Below are positions 39,275-50,650 of a stretch of 64,000 nucleotides of DNA, piece after piece. The notes beneath the pieces were generated by a model. That model ran no database searches. It was not told the DNA's origin and saw only the letters and a program-made list of their open reading frames with translations. The stretch is taken from positions 496,001 to 560,000 of the forward strand of contig OZ231126.1 in the NCBI GenBank assembly GCA_965153355.1, read 5' to 3'. A program made the position numbers and the translations under genes. The DNA comes from Flaccisagitta enflata (taxonomy: Eukaryota). The first letter of the stretch is position 1, and every line of letters begins with the position of its first letter.

Positions 39275-40393
39275 TTATTTATTCTCATCGGCATTATGAT
39301 CTCCCTCTTTCCAATCTAAATCTATTTCCTCTCTATTATGAGCTTCATCACTTCCATCAGCTTCCTCATCATCCCCTTCAAAATCTTCATCCTTTCCATC
39401 ATTCCCAAAATATTCATCCTCTCCTTCAAATTCTTCATTTTCTCCACAAAAATCTTCATCATCTTCTTCAATATCTTCTCTTCCATATTTTCCATCTCCT
39501 CCATCAATTTGATCGACAATATCTTCATTTTCCGCGACAAATTCTCCACCAAAATCTTCTTCCCCCTCCCCATTTACTTCTCCTCCACCACCGTTTCTTG
39601 CCTGTCCAATGTGGATACTCCGTTGCCCATCATCAGGATCTGTTTCCAACTCATCATCTCCGCCCCCTCTAACGTGGTCAACTCTTTTGACCTCCACCAC
39701 ACCATCTAGAACCTCATCGATATCCAAGTGAAACCTTGGCGAACAACATGATTTGGCGACCCTTCGAACCATCTCAACCAGCCAGAAGATGAGCGGAGCG
39801 GTAATGCGGGGGACAAATTCTCCAAAGCCAAAAATCAAAACGCCCAAAATAAGGTGTAGTCCCCAACAAGTGATGGTGAAGTAAAACAACTTGGCAGCTT
39901 TGATACCATCGAGCATATTGATGAGAAAAGTAAATGAAAAATGACTTATATACATAATGACCGCGATGAATGGGCAACATGCGAAACTAAGGTGAAGTAA
40001 AGTACGAGTCACGCGCCAACAAAGGCTGGGTTTAAGGGGAATAAACAAAATCAAAATGGACACCAGAAAACTCAGTAGATTGGACCCCCATAAAAACCAA
40101 TCGTAATAGTGCCACCAATCAGAAAAAGTAGTGTCAAATGTTTTGAATGGATCAAAGACGGCGTATCTGAATTGTGTCGTGACCATCGTGACGCCGCTTA
40201 ATAGGAAAAGCGCCAGAGGTGAGAGCGACGCCGCCGCTGGGTAATGGGGGCTCACGAAATGGGGGCTCACGAAATTGTGGCTTCGATGTGCGGCGAAAGA
40301 TTCCATGAGAGAGCGAGCCACCGTCAACGTGGAAGTGACGATAGATACGCTTTGGATGAAACCAATACCGGAATAATTGTCCCGCTCTTGCAG
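39275..40393 (-). CDS. XKR: XK-related protein, last exon (several TM helices and acidic tail)
   Basis: Acceptor ttcttattcaag|CTG in phase 0; GFIQSVSIVTSTLTVARSL fits the XK Q..S...S helix; open for 372 codons to TAA. Confidence 0.8.
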   Translation of the reverse strand: MQERDNYSGIGFIQSVSIVTSTLTVARSLMESFAAHRSHNFVSPHFVSPHYPAAASLSPLALFLLSGVTMVTTQFRYAVFDPFKTFDTTFSDWWHYYDWFLWGSNLLSFLVSILILFIPLKPSLCWRVTRTLLHLSFACCPFIAVIMYISHFSFTFLINMLDGIKAAKLFYFTITCWGLHLILGVLIFGFGEFVPRITAPLIFWLVEMVRRVAKSCCSPRFHLDIDEVLDGVVEVKRVDHVRGGGDDELETDPDDGQRSIHIGQARNGGGGEVNGEGEEDFGGEFVAENEDIVDQIDGGDGKYGREDIEEDDEDFCGENEEFEGEDEYFGNDGKDEDFEGDDEEADGSDEAHNREEIDLDWKEGDHNADENK

Positions 40394-40981
40394 CTTGAAT
40401 AAGAATGGAAAACACCCGGGGGGTGATAAAGAATGGAAATTGTTACTTGCTTACAATGATGGTAATGATGGCAATGATGGCAATGATTTATCTAGGATAA
40501 GCAAAAAGTCCAAAAACTGCGATAGACGCTGTAAAAGATAGAGCTATTCGAGGCACTCAGGAGTGAAGGCTTTTCAAATCTTTCTTGGGATTTTTTTTCT
40601 ATTCTTTCGCCACGATAAGACTTATAGCTTCCAAAAGAAATATAGAATAGAAAAATCGGTGACATAAATGAAGCCTTTCGAATTTGCAAGCAGGCAACGC
40701 AAATTGCATTTGTCCAGTTCAACGCGTTTGGAAGTAATTTAAAAAAGAGTGAAATCATGTCATCAGAAGATTTTGTAAAATTGGCAAAAGTGAAGCTGCA
40801 GTATTTCAGTTAATGTTGAATAGCTTTCAAAAGCATAGAGCTAGAGGGATGCGGTTTGCGTCAATCTCTTGCAAATTTGAAGGGCTATAATTGTCTTATC
40901 AATTTTTTGATGATTGGTTGATTCTAACCTGAGATATGCATGCATACTTACCGAAAGATTTTTTACCGCCGTTATGGTAGA

Positions 40982-41208
40982 TTTTTAGTCGCGTGCTACG
41001 CGACTCTACACCCCGCTTTGTCGGTCGGTCCGTCCGTCGGTCCGTCCGTCGGTCCGTCCGTCGGTCCGTCCGTCCGTCACACTTTATTTTTTTTCTGTTT
41101 TTGCTGTTTTTGGCCTCACTGCTCCTGCCCAAATGATGGAATGACCTCAATTATGGCCCCTGCCCACCCGCACGCGACTGGGGTAGCCGTGTATCCGGCC
41201 TTGTTTTT
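40982..41208 (+). mobile_element. HINE/DINE-1-like family B (best-preserved copy)
   Basis: T-run; subTIR AGTCGCGTGC with adjacent partial IR ACGCGACT; (GTCC/GTCG)n; subTIR GCACGCGACT; hairpin GCCG-TGTATC-CGGC; T-run; no TSD. Confidence 0.85.
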
Positions 41209-41919
41209 CAAAACCCAATTTGTTTGTCTAATACAGACAAAATCGGTTGAAAGTTCTTCTTTTTTCAGAACTAGATTTTCATCTCTAGAGGCTTAAATAA
41301 AGTTTTTATTTGTGGATTTTCGCAGGTATAATTCCCTGTAAAGCGATTGCACGATTGTTTAAATCACCACAACAGTTAGCAAAAAATGACCAAAGTTATC
41401 TGACAGCCAATGGCAATGATTGAAAATGTGCGAAATAACGGTAGAAGGTTGGAGCAAAAATTTCATGGCTCTCTATGGCCAAAAACCATCGGCAGCGAAC
41501 CTCTGATAATAACAAAGAAAATGAGTTTTTTTTATTTTAAGAAGTTCTCTTCAATTTCTTTGTTAACTTTTAAGTTTCCCTGCTGATGGTTTAAGGTCAC
41601 GTGGGGTCACAAATTTTGTTTTCTGGACATCTTCCGCATATTGCAACATGCCATTGCCAGCGCTCTGTGATTGGAAAACTTAGGTTTTTTGTCGCCGGCA
41701 CGCGCCTCTACATTCTGCTTTGTCTGTCTATCCGTCCGTTGGTTGGTCAGTTGGTCTGTCTGTCAGTCCGTCACACTTTTTTTAAAGTCATTTAAAGTCA
41801 TTTTTGAGTATACTAAGTCATTCTGAGTCATCCTAAGTCATTCTAAGTCAATCTTCAAGTCTCGCACGCGACGTTTAGGTGTTGGCCTTGTTTTCTTACT
41901 AAGCGTAATCACCACTCAC

Positions 41920-42025
41920 TGTGAGATTTGTGCGAATTTGAACGCTGCACCACTGAGTAACAAGTTGAGGCAGGGATTCCAGAGCAATTTCGCCCATTTT
42001 CAAGGATGTGGCCACATATTTGATT
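41920..42025 (-). CDS. XKR: XK-related protein, exon with the family signature
   Basis: ttttcag|A ATC..LKMGEIALESLPQLVTQW..NLT|gtgagt. E-x3-ES-x-PQL is the conserved XK motif; phases 2 and 0 fit the neighbouring exons. Confidence 0.88.
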
Positions 42026-42837
42026 CTGAAAAGAAGAGACACAAAACTCAAGACTCATTTTTTACAGTAAGTTGGTCAACCTACCGGTTGAGAACAAGAG
42101 GGACGGAACAAAAGGTAGCATATAGAGTCAGACAGATCAAGAGGGTCAGATTGGTTTGGTTAGGTTTAGGTTAGGTCAACTGTGCTATACACCTTCTCTC
42201 CTTTTTGTTCTTTACCTGAAGATGACAAAAATGAATTTAACAATTGCTTTACACGTATTTGTGAAATTTTAGCTTTTTTTCCCGGAGTATGCAATTAGTT
42301 CTCCTTGGAGTCTTCTTGCAGCACTCCATCTGACCCCTATGGAGTTCTAACGGCTGACTGCCTCGCGGTTACATCTGTCACTGCATTTTTGCACCGCCCC
42401 CGGGAAACTAAGGGCACCTTCTACAAAATTAACAACAACTGACTCAAAAGTTAAAGGCTATGGAGAATCAACTTACTACTTACCAACTGACAAACCAGCT
42501 CATGGTCTGTTAACATGATTCTTTTGTAAGTTGCTAAGAATTCTGTACTTTAGAAATTAAAAGAAAATGATGAAAGAAAAAAGAACAATAAGAGACCTAT
42601 GTTTAGAAGAAATTCACATCCGGACTTACAATCAAAGACTGACAATCAAGTTACGGACCCCATGACAGCTGGAAAAGAAGACATTCTTGCACAATGCCAA
42701 AAGGCATTTACTGTGACGCAGGGGATTTGCCCAGGAGGGCCTTTGGGGCACGCCAAGACGCCCAAGGAAGAAGGAATGGCCACACTTTCAAATTTGATGT
42801 CATCGGCACCAAACGGTTTTGAAATGTTACGGACTTT

Positions 42838-43572
42838 ACTATAACTATAACTATAACTATAACTATAAAGAGTTCTTAATTTGCAACTTGTTCAAAGATG
42901 TCATCTCCAGTTGGGCGGAGAATGAGAAATGCGGCAAATATATAAAGAATGACTATAACTATAACTATAACTATAACTATAACTATAACTATAGACAGTT
43001 CTTACTTGCAACTTGTTCAAAGATGTCATCTCCAGTTGGGCGAAGAATTAGAAATGCGGCAAATATGTAAAGAATGACTATAATTATAACTATAACTATA
43101 ACTTTAACTAAAACTTTAAACAGTTCTTACTTTGCAACTTGTTCAAAGATGTCATCTCTAGTTGGGGGAAGAATGAGAAATGCGGCAAATATGTAAAGAA
43201 TGACTGTAACTATAACTATAACTATAACTATAACTTTAACTAAAACTATAAACAGCTCTTACTTTGCAACTTGTTCAAAGATGTTGTCTCCAGTTGGGCG
43301 AAGAATGAGGAATGCGCCAAATATGTAAAGCATGACTGTAACTGTAACTATAACTATAACTTTGACTATAACCAGTTCTTACTTTGCAACTTGTTCAAAG
43401 ATATCATCTCCAGTTAGGCGAAGAATGTGAAATGCGCCAAATATATAAAGCATGACTATAAATGTAACTATAACTATAACTATGACTATAACCAGTTCTT
43501 ACTTTGCAACTTGTTCAAAGATGTTGTCTCCAGTTGGGCGAAGAATGATATATGCGGCAAATATGTAAAGAA
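42838..43572. repeat. ~120-bp tandem array x6: XKR exon 3' half, donor and (TAGTTA)n
   Basis: TGCAACTTGTTCAAAGAT at about 42882, 43007, 43133, 43265, 43385 and 43505; the last is the real exon. Confidence 0.92.
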
Positions 43573-43656
43573 CAACTGGGGCCATAAGCAAAGGCGCTGT
43601 GATCAAAGCGATGAATCTTAGCCCCAGAGGCAATGGGGCGAGATGGGTATGTCCAA
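43503..43656 (-). CDS. XKR: XK-related protein, internal exon (TM helix)
   Basis: ctacttcag|TT GGA..LRFIALITAPLLMAPVVLYIFAAYIILRPTGDNIFEQVA AA|gtaaga; phases 1 and 2. Confidence 0.82.
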
Positions 43657-43687
43657 CTGAAGTAGGGAATAGTAAAGCCATATCCAT

Positions 43688-43985
43688 CAGGGTGGGGGTT
43701 GGGAGGTCATAGGTTCCATTAGCTTATGTAATTCTACAAATTACCTCCGTTTATTATAATAAAAAGATTTACCAAGTCTCATGACATTCTGACAAGTCCC
43801 TGATTTTTTAAGGGCAAAAAGGTTTACAAAAATTTGTTCCCATTGAATCCTATGATGATTGAAGGGGGGTGGCGGCCCTATCAGGAACATGTCAAAAGGT
43901 CATGAAACATTTATCATAATAAATGGAGGTAGTTTGTAGAATAACATAGGTTTCTGAGACCTAAGACTTCGTCACCCCCACCCTG
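43688..43985. mobile_element. hAT-type MITE
   Basis: CAGGGTGGGGGT ... ACCCCCACCCTG; 8-bp TSD ATATCCAT/ACATCCAT. Confidence 0.8.
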
Positions 43986-44017
43986 ACATCCATAATCAAG
44001 ATTCTTAAAATCAATAC

Positions 44018-44528
44018 TTTTTGGGCAGCAGCCCCAGAGGGGAAGAAGTCTTGTAGAACACAGGGGGACTTTTGTTTGTCCGTTCGTCATTCCGTCCGTC
44101 CATTAGTCCCCCCCAGGCTCTCTTAGGCCTAAAATTTTCCCTCTCAGGCCTGAAATCTACCCTCTTGGGCCTGAAATCTGCCCTCTCAGGCCTTGAATCT
44201 GCCCTCTCAGGTCTGAGATCTGCCCTTTCAAGCCAGAAATCTGTCCTTTCAGGCTTTGTCCCTGCTATCACAGATTCAAGGCCTGAGAGGGCAGATTTCA
44301 GGCCTGAAAGGATGGATTTCAGGCCTAAGAGGGCAGATTTCAGGCCTGAGAGGGCCTGGGGGGGATGGGTGGATGGAACAAAGAACGGACGAACGAAAGT
44401 CCCCCTGTGCTCTACAGGACTTCATCCCCTTTGGAGCAGCTGCTCTGCTTCCTCTCACTCCAATTCACAATCATGCAAAGCTGGGCAAGGGGTGTCGCTG
44501 ACCACATATTGCCATTGGGCGACCTGTT
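44018..44528 (+). mobile_element. HINE-like family C (relative of A; 21-bp GGCCTGAAATCTGCCCTCTCA array)
   Basis: Subterminal IR GGGCAGC.GCCCC..CTGTAGAACACAGGGGGACTT; 3' tail containing CGCTGACCA. Confidence 0.7.
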
Positions 44529-45297
44529 GGGTTGTCGCTGGGTCTTGTAGAACATAGGGGTGAATTTCCGTGCATCTGTACATTCTTCCATTCTTCCTTC
44601 CGTACTGCTCCCAAGGCCCCATGAGCCTTCTCAGGCCCTAACCTAGTTCTTACACACCTGAAATCAACCTTTCCAGGCCTGAATTTGGAACTGTAATCTA
44701 AGTAGGTTGTACTTGAAGTTGTGGGAGGGAGCGGGGCAGCAGCCCCAAAGTGGTCGATGACCTATGCTTTCACACATATGGGGTAATTCCACCTTCACCT
44801 CCTTCTAGCAATTTGGTTTTGGTCCTTAAGGTGAAAATTTGGGTTTCTAGGTTGGGATATTGGTATCTAGGCTGGGATTTTGGCCTCTGGGCTATGATTT
44901 GGGCCTCTAGGCTGGGATTTGGGACTCAAGACTGGGTGTTAAGCCTCAAGGCTGGGAGTTAAACCTCGAGGCTGGAATTTGGGCCTGGGGGCTGGGATTT
45001 GGGCCTGGAGGCTGAGGTTTTGGCCTCTAGGCAGAGATTTGGGCCTGAGATATGACGTGGCCCAAATTGGGGCCGCTGTATGGCCCTTAGCGCGGACAGT
45101 TATAGCAGCCATAGTGTTATTACTTTTTCTTTTCATTACCTTATAAAGAAGAAATAACAACAACGTTACAAGGGGAAGTTTTATCAGACTTATAGCGGGT
45201 GTTGTTCTGTTGCCGCTAGCAGGCCCTTTAATAAACTGGATAAGCGCGAATTCTGCCACTCCCCCTCCTCTCTTCCTCTTTGTCTTTCCTTCTTTCC

Positions 45298-45852
45298 TTT
45301 TTGGGCAGCGGCCCCAAAGGGCCGATGTCCTGTAGGACACAGGGGGGAATTTCGAGACGTCCGTCCTTCCGTCCTTCCGTCCTTCCGTCCTTCCGTCCTT
45401 CCGTCTGTCCCCCCCCCTTGGCCATCGGAGCCTCAATTCTGCAGTCTCAGGCCTGATTTTGGCCCTCAGAGCCCTCAATTTAGCCCTTACAGACCTCAAT
45501 TTAGCCCTCAAGAGCTCAAATCAGGTCTCCAGACCTCATATCTGCCCTCAAGACCTTAAATCAGCCCTCCAGACCTCAAATTAACCCTCCAAGCCTCAAA
45601 TCAACTCTTCAGGCCTCAAATTTGTCCTCTAGGCCTCAAGCCTGCCCCAAACCTCAGATCTGCTCTTTTGGACTAAATTCTGCCATCCCAACTTCGAATC
45701 CACCTCAGGACGTCTCGAAATTCCCCCCTGTGTCCTACAGGACATCGGTCCTTTGGGGCCGCTGCCCTGCTCTCACTCCACTACTTCACTTGATCATTCT
45801 AAGCAGGGCATCGGGTACCGCTGACCATGTGCGATCCTTGGATGACTAGTTT
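45298..45852 (+). mobile_element. HINE-like family C
   Basis: Long subterminal IR, (GTCCTTCC)n, 21-bp array, tail GGGTACCGCTGACCAT. Confidence 0.75.
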
Positions 45853-45988
45853 CCTCTTGAATGGAGGCAGCTTTGGTGAGATGTAAAAATGTAAAAAAGT
45901 AGAAGTGAATGCCTTTTTTATCAATTGTAAGCATGCAAGCGTACACGTGCGCGTGTGTGTGTCCGTGTGTAAGTGTATGTGTGTGTAA

Positions 45989-46079
<91 letters not shown>

Positions 46080-46173
46080 TTCTGCGCAGGGGAGGTTTCA
46101 TATTGGCTTTTTTGGGCACCCCAGTCAACACACTGCCCTGCTTGTTTTATGGAACCGGAGAAAGAAAGAAAAA

Positions 46174-46294
<121 letters not shown>

Positions 46295-46580
46295 TGAATG
46301 AATGAATGAATGAATGAATGAATGAATGAATGAATGAATGAATGAATGAATTAATGAATTAATGAATGAATGAATGGATAAATGAATGGATAAATGAAGG
46401 AATGAATGAATGGATGAAAGAAAGAAGGAGAGAAAAAAAATACCAAATGTCAACCTGACCAAAAGACACTACGAGTTTTATAGTTGAGTAGCCCGCGACT
46501 AAAAAGTCAAGGAAGTGGAAAGAAACCAGTTGCCCAGGGTTACACAAAAGTCTTAGATGAGGAGAGCAAGGGAGTAAGTG

Positions 46581-47028
46581 CTTTTTGGGCAGCGGCCCCG
46601 AAGGGGCCGATGAGCTATGCTTCAATGCAGAAGCAATTTCTCCCTCTTCTTCTTCTCCGTCCACTTCCTCAGGTCTCAAATCCAATCTTGAAGCCCAAAA
46701 TCTATAACCAAATCTCAGTCTTATGACCCAAATCCCATCCTGAGGCCTGGGCCTAGAGACTAATTGTCAAGCCTCATGACGAAAATGGGTTGGGGTCTTG
46801 GAGAAAGGATTTGGGTCTTGACTAGAATTTGGGTCTGGAAGATGGGATTTAGACCTTGAGGCTGAGCTTTGGGCCTGGAGCCTGGGATTTAGGCCTTGAG
46901 GCTAGTTAGGGGGGGGGGTCGGAGGACATAGAAGGAGAAGGAGGAGAAGGAGAAGGAGAAAATTCCCCAAATGTGTGAAAGCATTTACTAGGTCATCGAC
47001 TCCTTCTTGGCCGCTGCACAAAAAAAAA
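46581..47028. mobile_element. Family A element with two head-type ends (palindromic)
   Basis: TTTTTGGGCAGCGGCC ... GGCCGCTGCACAAAAA; no 3' tail. Confidence 0.6.
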
Positions 47029-47048
47029 TTGGATGCTACGTGACTGAC

Positions 47049-47162
47049 CTAATATGTATCTTAGCATGATGCAAAACTGCGCCAAGCCTCCCAAAGCGAT
47101 CCATGATGTCGTTAGTATGAAAAAAAGATCCACGTCCAGGTTTTCAATATATACATATATAA
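47049..47162 (-). CDS. XKR: XK-related protein, exon 1b (second TM helix)
   Basis: IYVYIENLDVDLFFILTTSWIALGGLAQFCIMLRYIL G|gtcagt; phase 1 joins 43656. The 5' boundary is inferred. Confidence 0.75.
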
Positions 47163-47177
47163 CTAGATATTGATTAA

Positions 47178-47789
47178 CCGGGTCATCAGCCTGAGATGCC
47201 GGATTCTGTTAAGCTTTTACCCAGAGATGCCACATATCTCGGATTTCATACTGATTGTCCTTTGAAGAGCAAAGATTGACGTTTTTTGTATCAAAATTTC
47301 ATCAAAATCGGTCAAGTAGTTCAGATTTTACAAGTCTTTGAAGTAAAAACTAGTTTCCTCTCAATGGCAGAATTTTCAATAAAAATCATGAAAGAGAGCG
47401 ACTTCAAATTTTTCTCTTTTTTTAACAGTTTGAGCTTGGGAACATGTTAATGGTCTAGTATGAAAAAAAATTAGATGTAGTTTCATAAATTTGTCAAGTC
47501 ACCTTTTACTTAGGACTAATCTTGTGTCCCTGGCACAAAATATTGCAAAATGAGGTAAAGGGGAAAAACGCCATTCCTCCATTTTCCCATCAAAAAACAG
47601 AAGTGGCAGAAAGGTTGTTTTTCACTTAAGTACATGTAAAATCTCAACTACTTGACCGATTTTGATGAAATTTTGATACAAAAAACGTCAATCTTTACTC
47701 TTTAAGAGACAATCAGTGTGAAATCCGTGATACATGGCATCTCAGAGTAAAAGCTTAACATTATCCGGCATCTCAGGCTGATGACCCGG
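47178..47789. mobile_element. Palindromic Tc1/mariner-type MITE inserted in XKR coding sequence
   Basis: CCGGGTCATCAGCCTGAGATGCCGGA ... TCCGGCATCTCAGGCTGATGACCCGG; flanks AA and TA. Confidence 0.88.
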
Positions 47790-47909
47790 TAGATTTATAT
47801 CTGGTTTTAGATATTCGTAAGCGAGTGCGAAATCAAAGGCAATGTCCACTATCACCAAAACTGCCGCCGCGCAGAGCAAAAACACTTGGCTCAATCGTTT
47901 CAACTCCAT
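47786..47909 (-). CDS. XKR: XK-related protein, exon 1a (start codon, first TM helix)
   Basis: ATG at 47909: MELKRLSQVFLLCAAAVLVIVDIAFDFALAYEYLKPDINL; the D-x3-D-x5-Y pattern is typical of XK TM1. The 3' boundary is inferred. Confidence 0.75.
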
Positions 47910-48216
47910 TGATCTCTAATCTCACTTATTGACGGGTAGGTAGGTAGATAGGTAGGTAGGTAGGTTGGTGCGTAGGTAGGTAAGTAGGTAAGTAGGTAAG
48001 TAGGTAGGTAGGTAGGTAGGTAGGTAGGTAAGTAGGTAGATAGGTAGGTAGGTAGGTAGGTAGGTAGGTAGGTAAGTAGGTAGGTAGGTAGGCCAATTCT
48101 TTCATGTGCGAAATTCAAAAGGAAGAAAAAATTTTGAAAATAAAAAGGTGGCATTGAGAGATGAAGAAAAAGACGTTTCTTTTAAATGAAAGAGCGCAAA
48201 TACTAAGGGCGATACG

Positions 48217-48329
<113 letters not shown>

Positions 48330-49129
48330 AGATAAGGAGACAAACAAGCAGAGACAGACATACAGACAGATAAAAGAACAAAAGAGACACAAACCGAGAC
48401 CGAGAGACTGACACGTAAATAGACAGAGACTGAGTCAGAGACAGACAAAAACAGACAGTAAGACAGCCAGATTCAGACCAACAGACACACAAAGACCTTT
48501 TCTTGTGTACTTTTTAGTCGCGTGCACGCGACATCACCAACCGCTTTGTCCATCCATCTGCCTGTCTGAGGGTCTGTCCGTCTGTTCGTCAGTCAAACAT
48601 TACTTTTCGGGTGTTAATGGGCAGTCTTTGCATCACTGCTCCTGCTCATATGTATGGTTAGCCTTTTTTCTGTTTTAGACCAATTACTACGCGAATAAAA
48701 AAAAGACGCACTTTCAAATGGCTTATTTAGCCATACAAATTTATAGAAACAACTTAAAATCTTAGACCATCTTAAAGCCCTTTGAAGGTAGAGATCCGCT
48801 AGAGCACACCCGTGGCATTAGTTTGAATAAAAATGTTGCCTATTTCAGTTTTGCAATCCCTATGTAAAAAGTGCATTTTAGCAAAATAGTGCTTTTCTTT
48901 GCAGAGCTCTAGCTTTTAAACCATTTGGTCTAGAATGAAAGATTTTTTGAAAATCTTTAAAATTGATTTTACTGAAAATAGTTAAACTTATTTTTTTAAT
49001 CTGTTTTATTAGTAAGTAAAGGGAGAAAAGAGTAAAACTGATTTTTTTTCATCTGTTTTATTAGTAAGTAAAGGGTTGCGTCTTTTTTTTTTTCTTTTCT
49101 TTTTTTTTTTTGATTCGCGTTGTAACATA

Positions 49130-49717
49130 CAGGGTGTATCATGCCAAATTAGATAAAAGAAAACGATCGCATTCTGCTTCTAAAAGTGCAAAAATAGATA
49201 TGAAAAAAGATTCAAAGAGCATACAAGCTCCAGTTTTTTGTGTAAAAATTTTATGAGTCTGGGTCAAATATTCTAGCCACAACATTAATTTGAAGTGAAC
49301 TGAGCATTTAGAGGAGAAGCTTTTTGGATATGATTGTGATGCTGAAAGCTTTTCTTTGAATTGCTCTCATTTCTAAACAGCTTGAGCCACATTTGCCAGA
49401 TTGGTCTCTAATTAAAGAAAATTTGAAAAGCTTTAATTTGGGAGCAATCTAGCATCTGTAACTTAAATCGTTTAGAAATGAGAGCAGTTCAAAAAAAACT
49501 TTCAGAATCAAAATGATGTTCAAAGTGCTTCTCCTCTAAATGCTCAATCTATTTCAAATTGATATTGTGGCTACAATATTTGACCCAGACCCATGAAATT
49601 TTTACACAAAAAACCGGAGCTCATGTGCTCTTTGAATTTTTTTTCATTTTTGTTTTTGCACTTTTAGAAGCAGAATGCCATCGTTTTCTTATATCTAATT
49701 TGGCATGATACACCCTG
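49130..49717. mobile_element. Palindromic Tc1/mariner-type MITE
   Basis: TA|CAGGGTGTATCATGCCAAATTAGATA ... TATCTAATTTGGCATGATACACCCTG|CA. Confidence 0.85.
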
Positions 49718-49882
49718 CAGAATGAAAATGTCAACAACGCCTACGACTGCCAGCTGCCACCCACAAAAGGCTTAAGTAAAAAAATGTTGATATACTTAAA
49801 GAAATGATTAACATCTCAGATTAATGATAATAAAACTAAAAAAAAATCTTTAATTCATTATACTCGCCTCTAAAAAGAAGTA

Positions 49883-50650
49883 CAGTATGATTTTTCACGT
49901 TTGAAATATTCTATGACAACATAATTCAAAAAGTAATAAAGATATTTGAATTCTGAAAAAAGTTCCTGAAAGCTAATGGTGATGCATTTTATGATATGTA
50001 ACGCCCAGGAGTTTTTTACAAAAATCTATACCTTTTAACGAATGAAGAAATGTTGATCAAAATGAGCAAAAAACAATATGACTTTAAGTCATTGGCTGAA
50101 CAGTTCTTCTTTAAGTTGCTCTTATTTCTAAATGAATGAAGCTACTGACACCAGATTGGTCTCAAATTAAAGCTAATTTGCAGCAGTTTTAAGAAATGCA
50201 AAGAGGGAAATTTTTCTTTAATGGTATTTCACATTAGGCATGAAAAAATGGATCTCTTGATGAAAGTTAGGATCAAGAGTTGATTCACAGCTCACAAATT
50301 GATTCAAAACATCAATTGAACATTTGATCTCAAGCTTTCCCAAAAACTACTTCAAAATAGCTTTCATTTGAGACCAATCTGGTATCTGTAGCTCAATTTG
50401 TTTAGAAATGAGAGCAATTTAAAGGGAAACAGTCAAAAATGAGAACTTTTTGAAAAGAGACAATTTGAATATGATGACATCTCATTCCATCTAGTTCCGA
50501 GGACCAAATTATTGTAAAAAGATCCTGGGATTTATACATCATAAAATGCATTAACATTATCTTTAAAGAATTTATTTCAAAATTCAATTATCTCTATTAC
50601 TTTTTGAATTATGTCGTCATGAAATATTTCAAACGTGAAAAATCATACAC
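49883..50650. mobile_element. Palindromic MITE
   Basis: GTATGATTTTTCACGTTTGAAATATT ... AATATTTCAAACGTGAAAAATCATAC. Confidence 0.75.

Noticed and set aside
42599-43621. Plus-strand Cys-containing repeat protein (LCNLFKDVISSWAKNEKCGKY)
   Set aside because: It is the antisense reading of the XKR exon copies; the minus strand has matching splice phases and the family motif.
45130-45260. Hydrophobic exon-like stretch in an XKR intron
   Set aside because: Its donor phase is incompatible and the XKR model is complete without it; it resembles MITE interior sequence.
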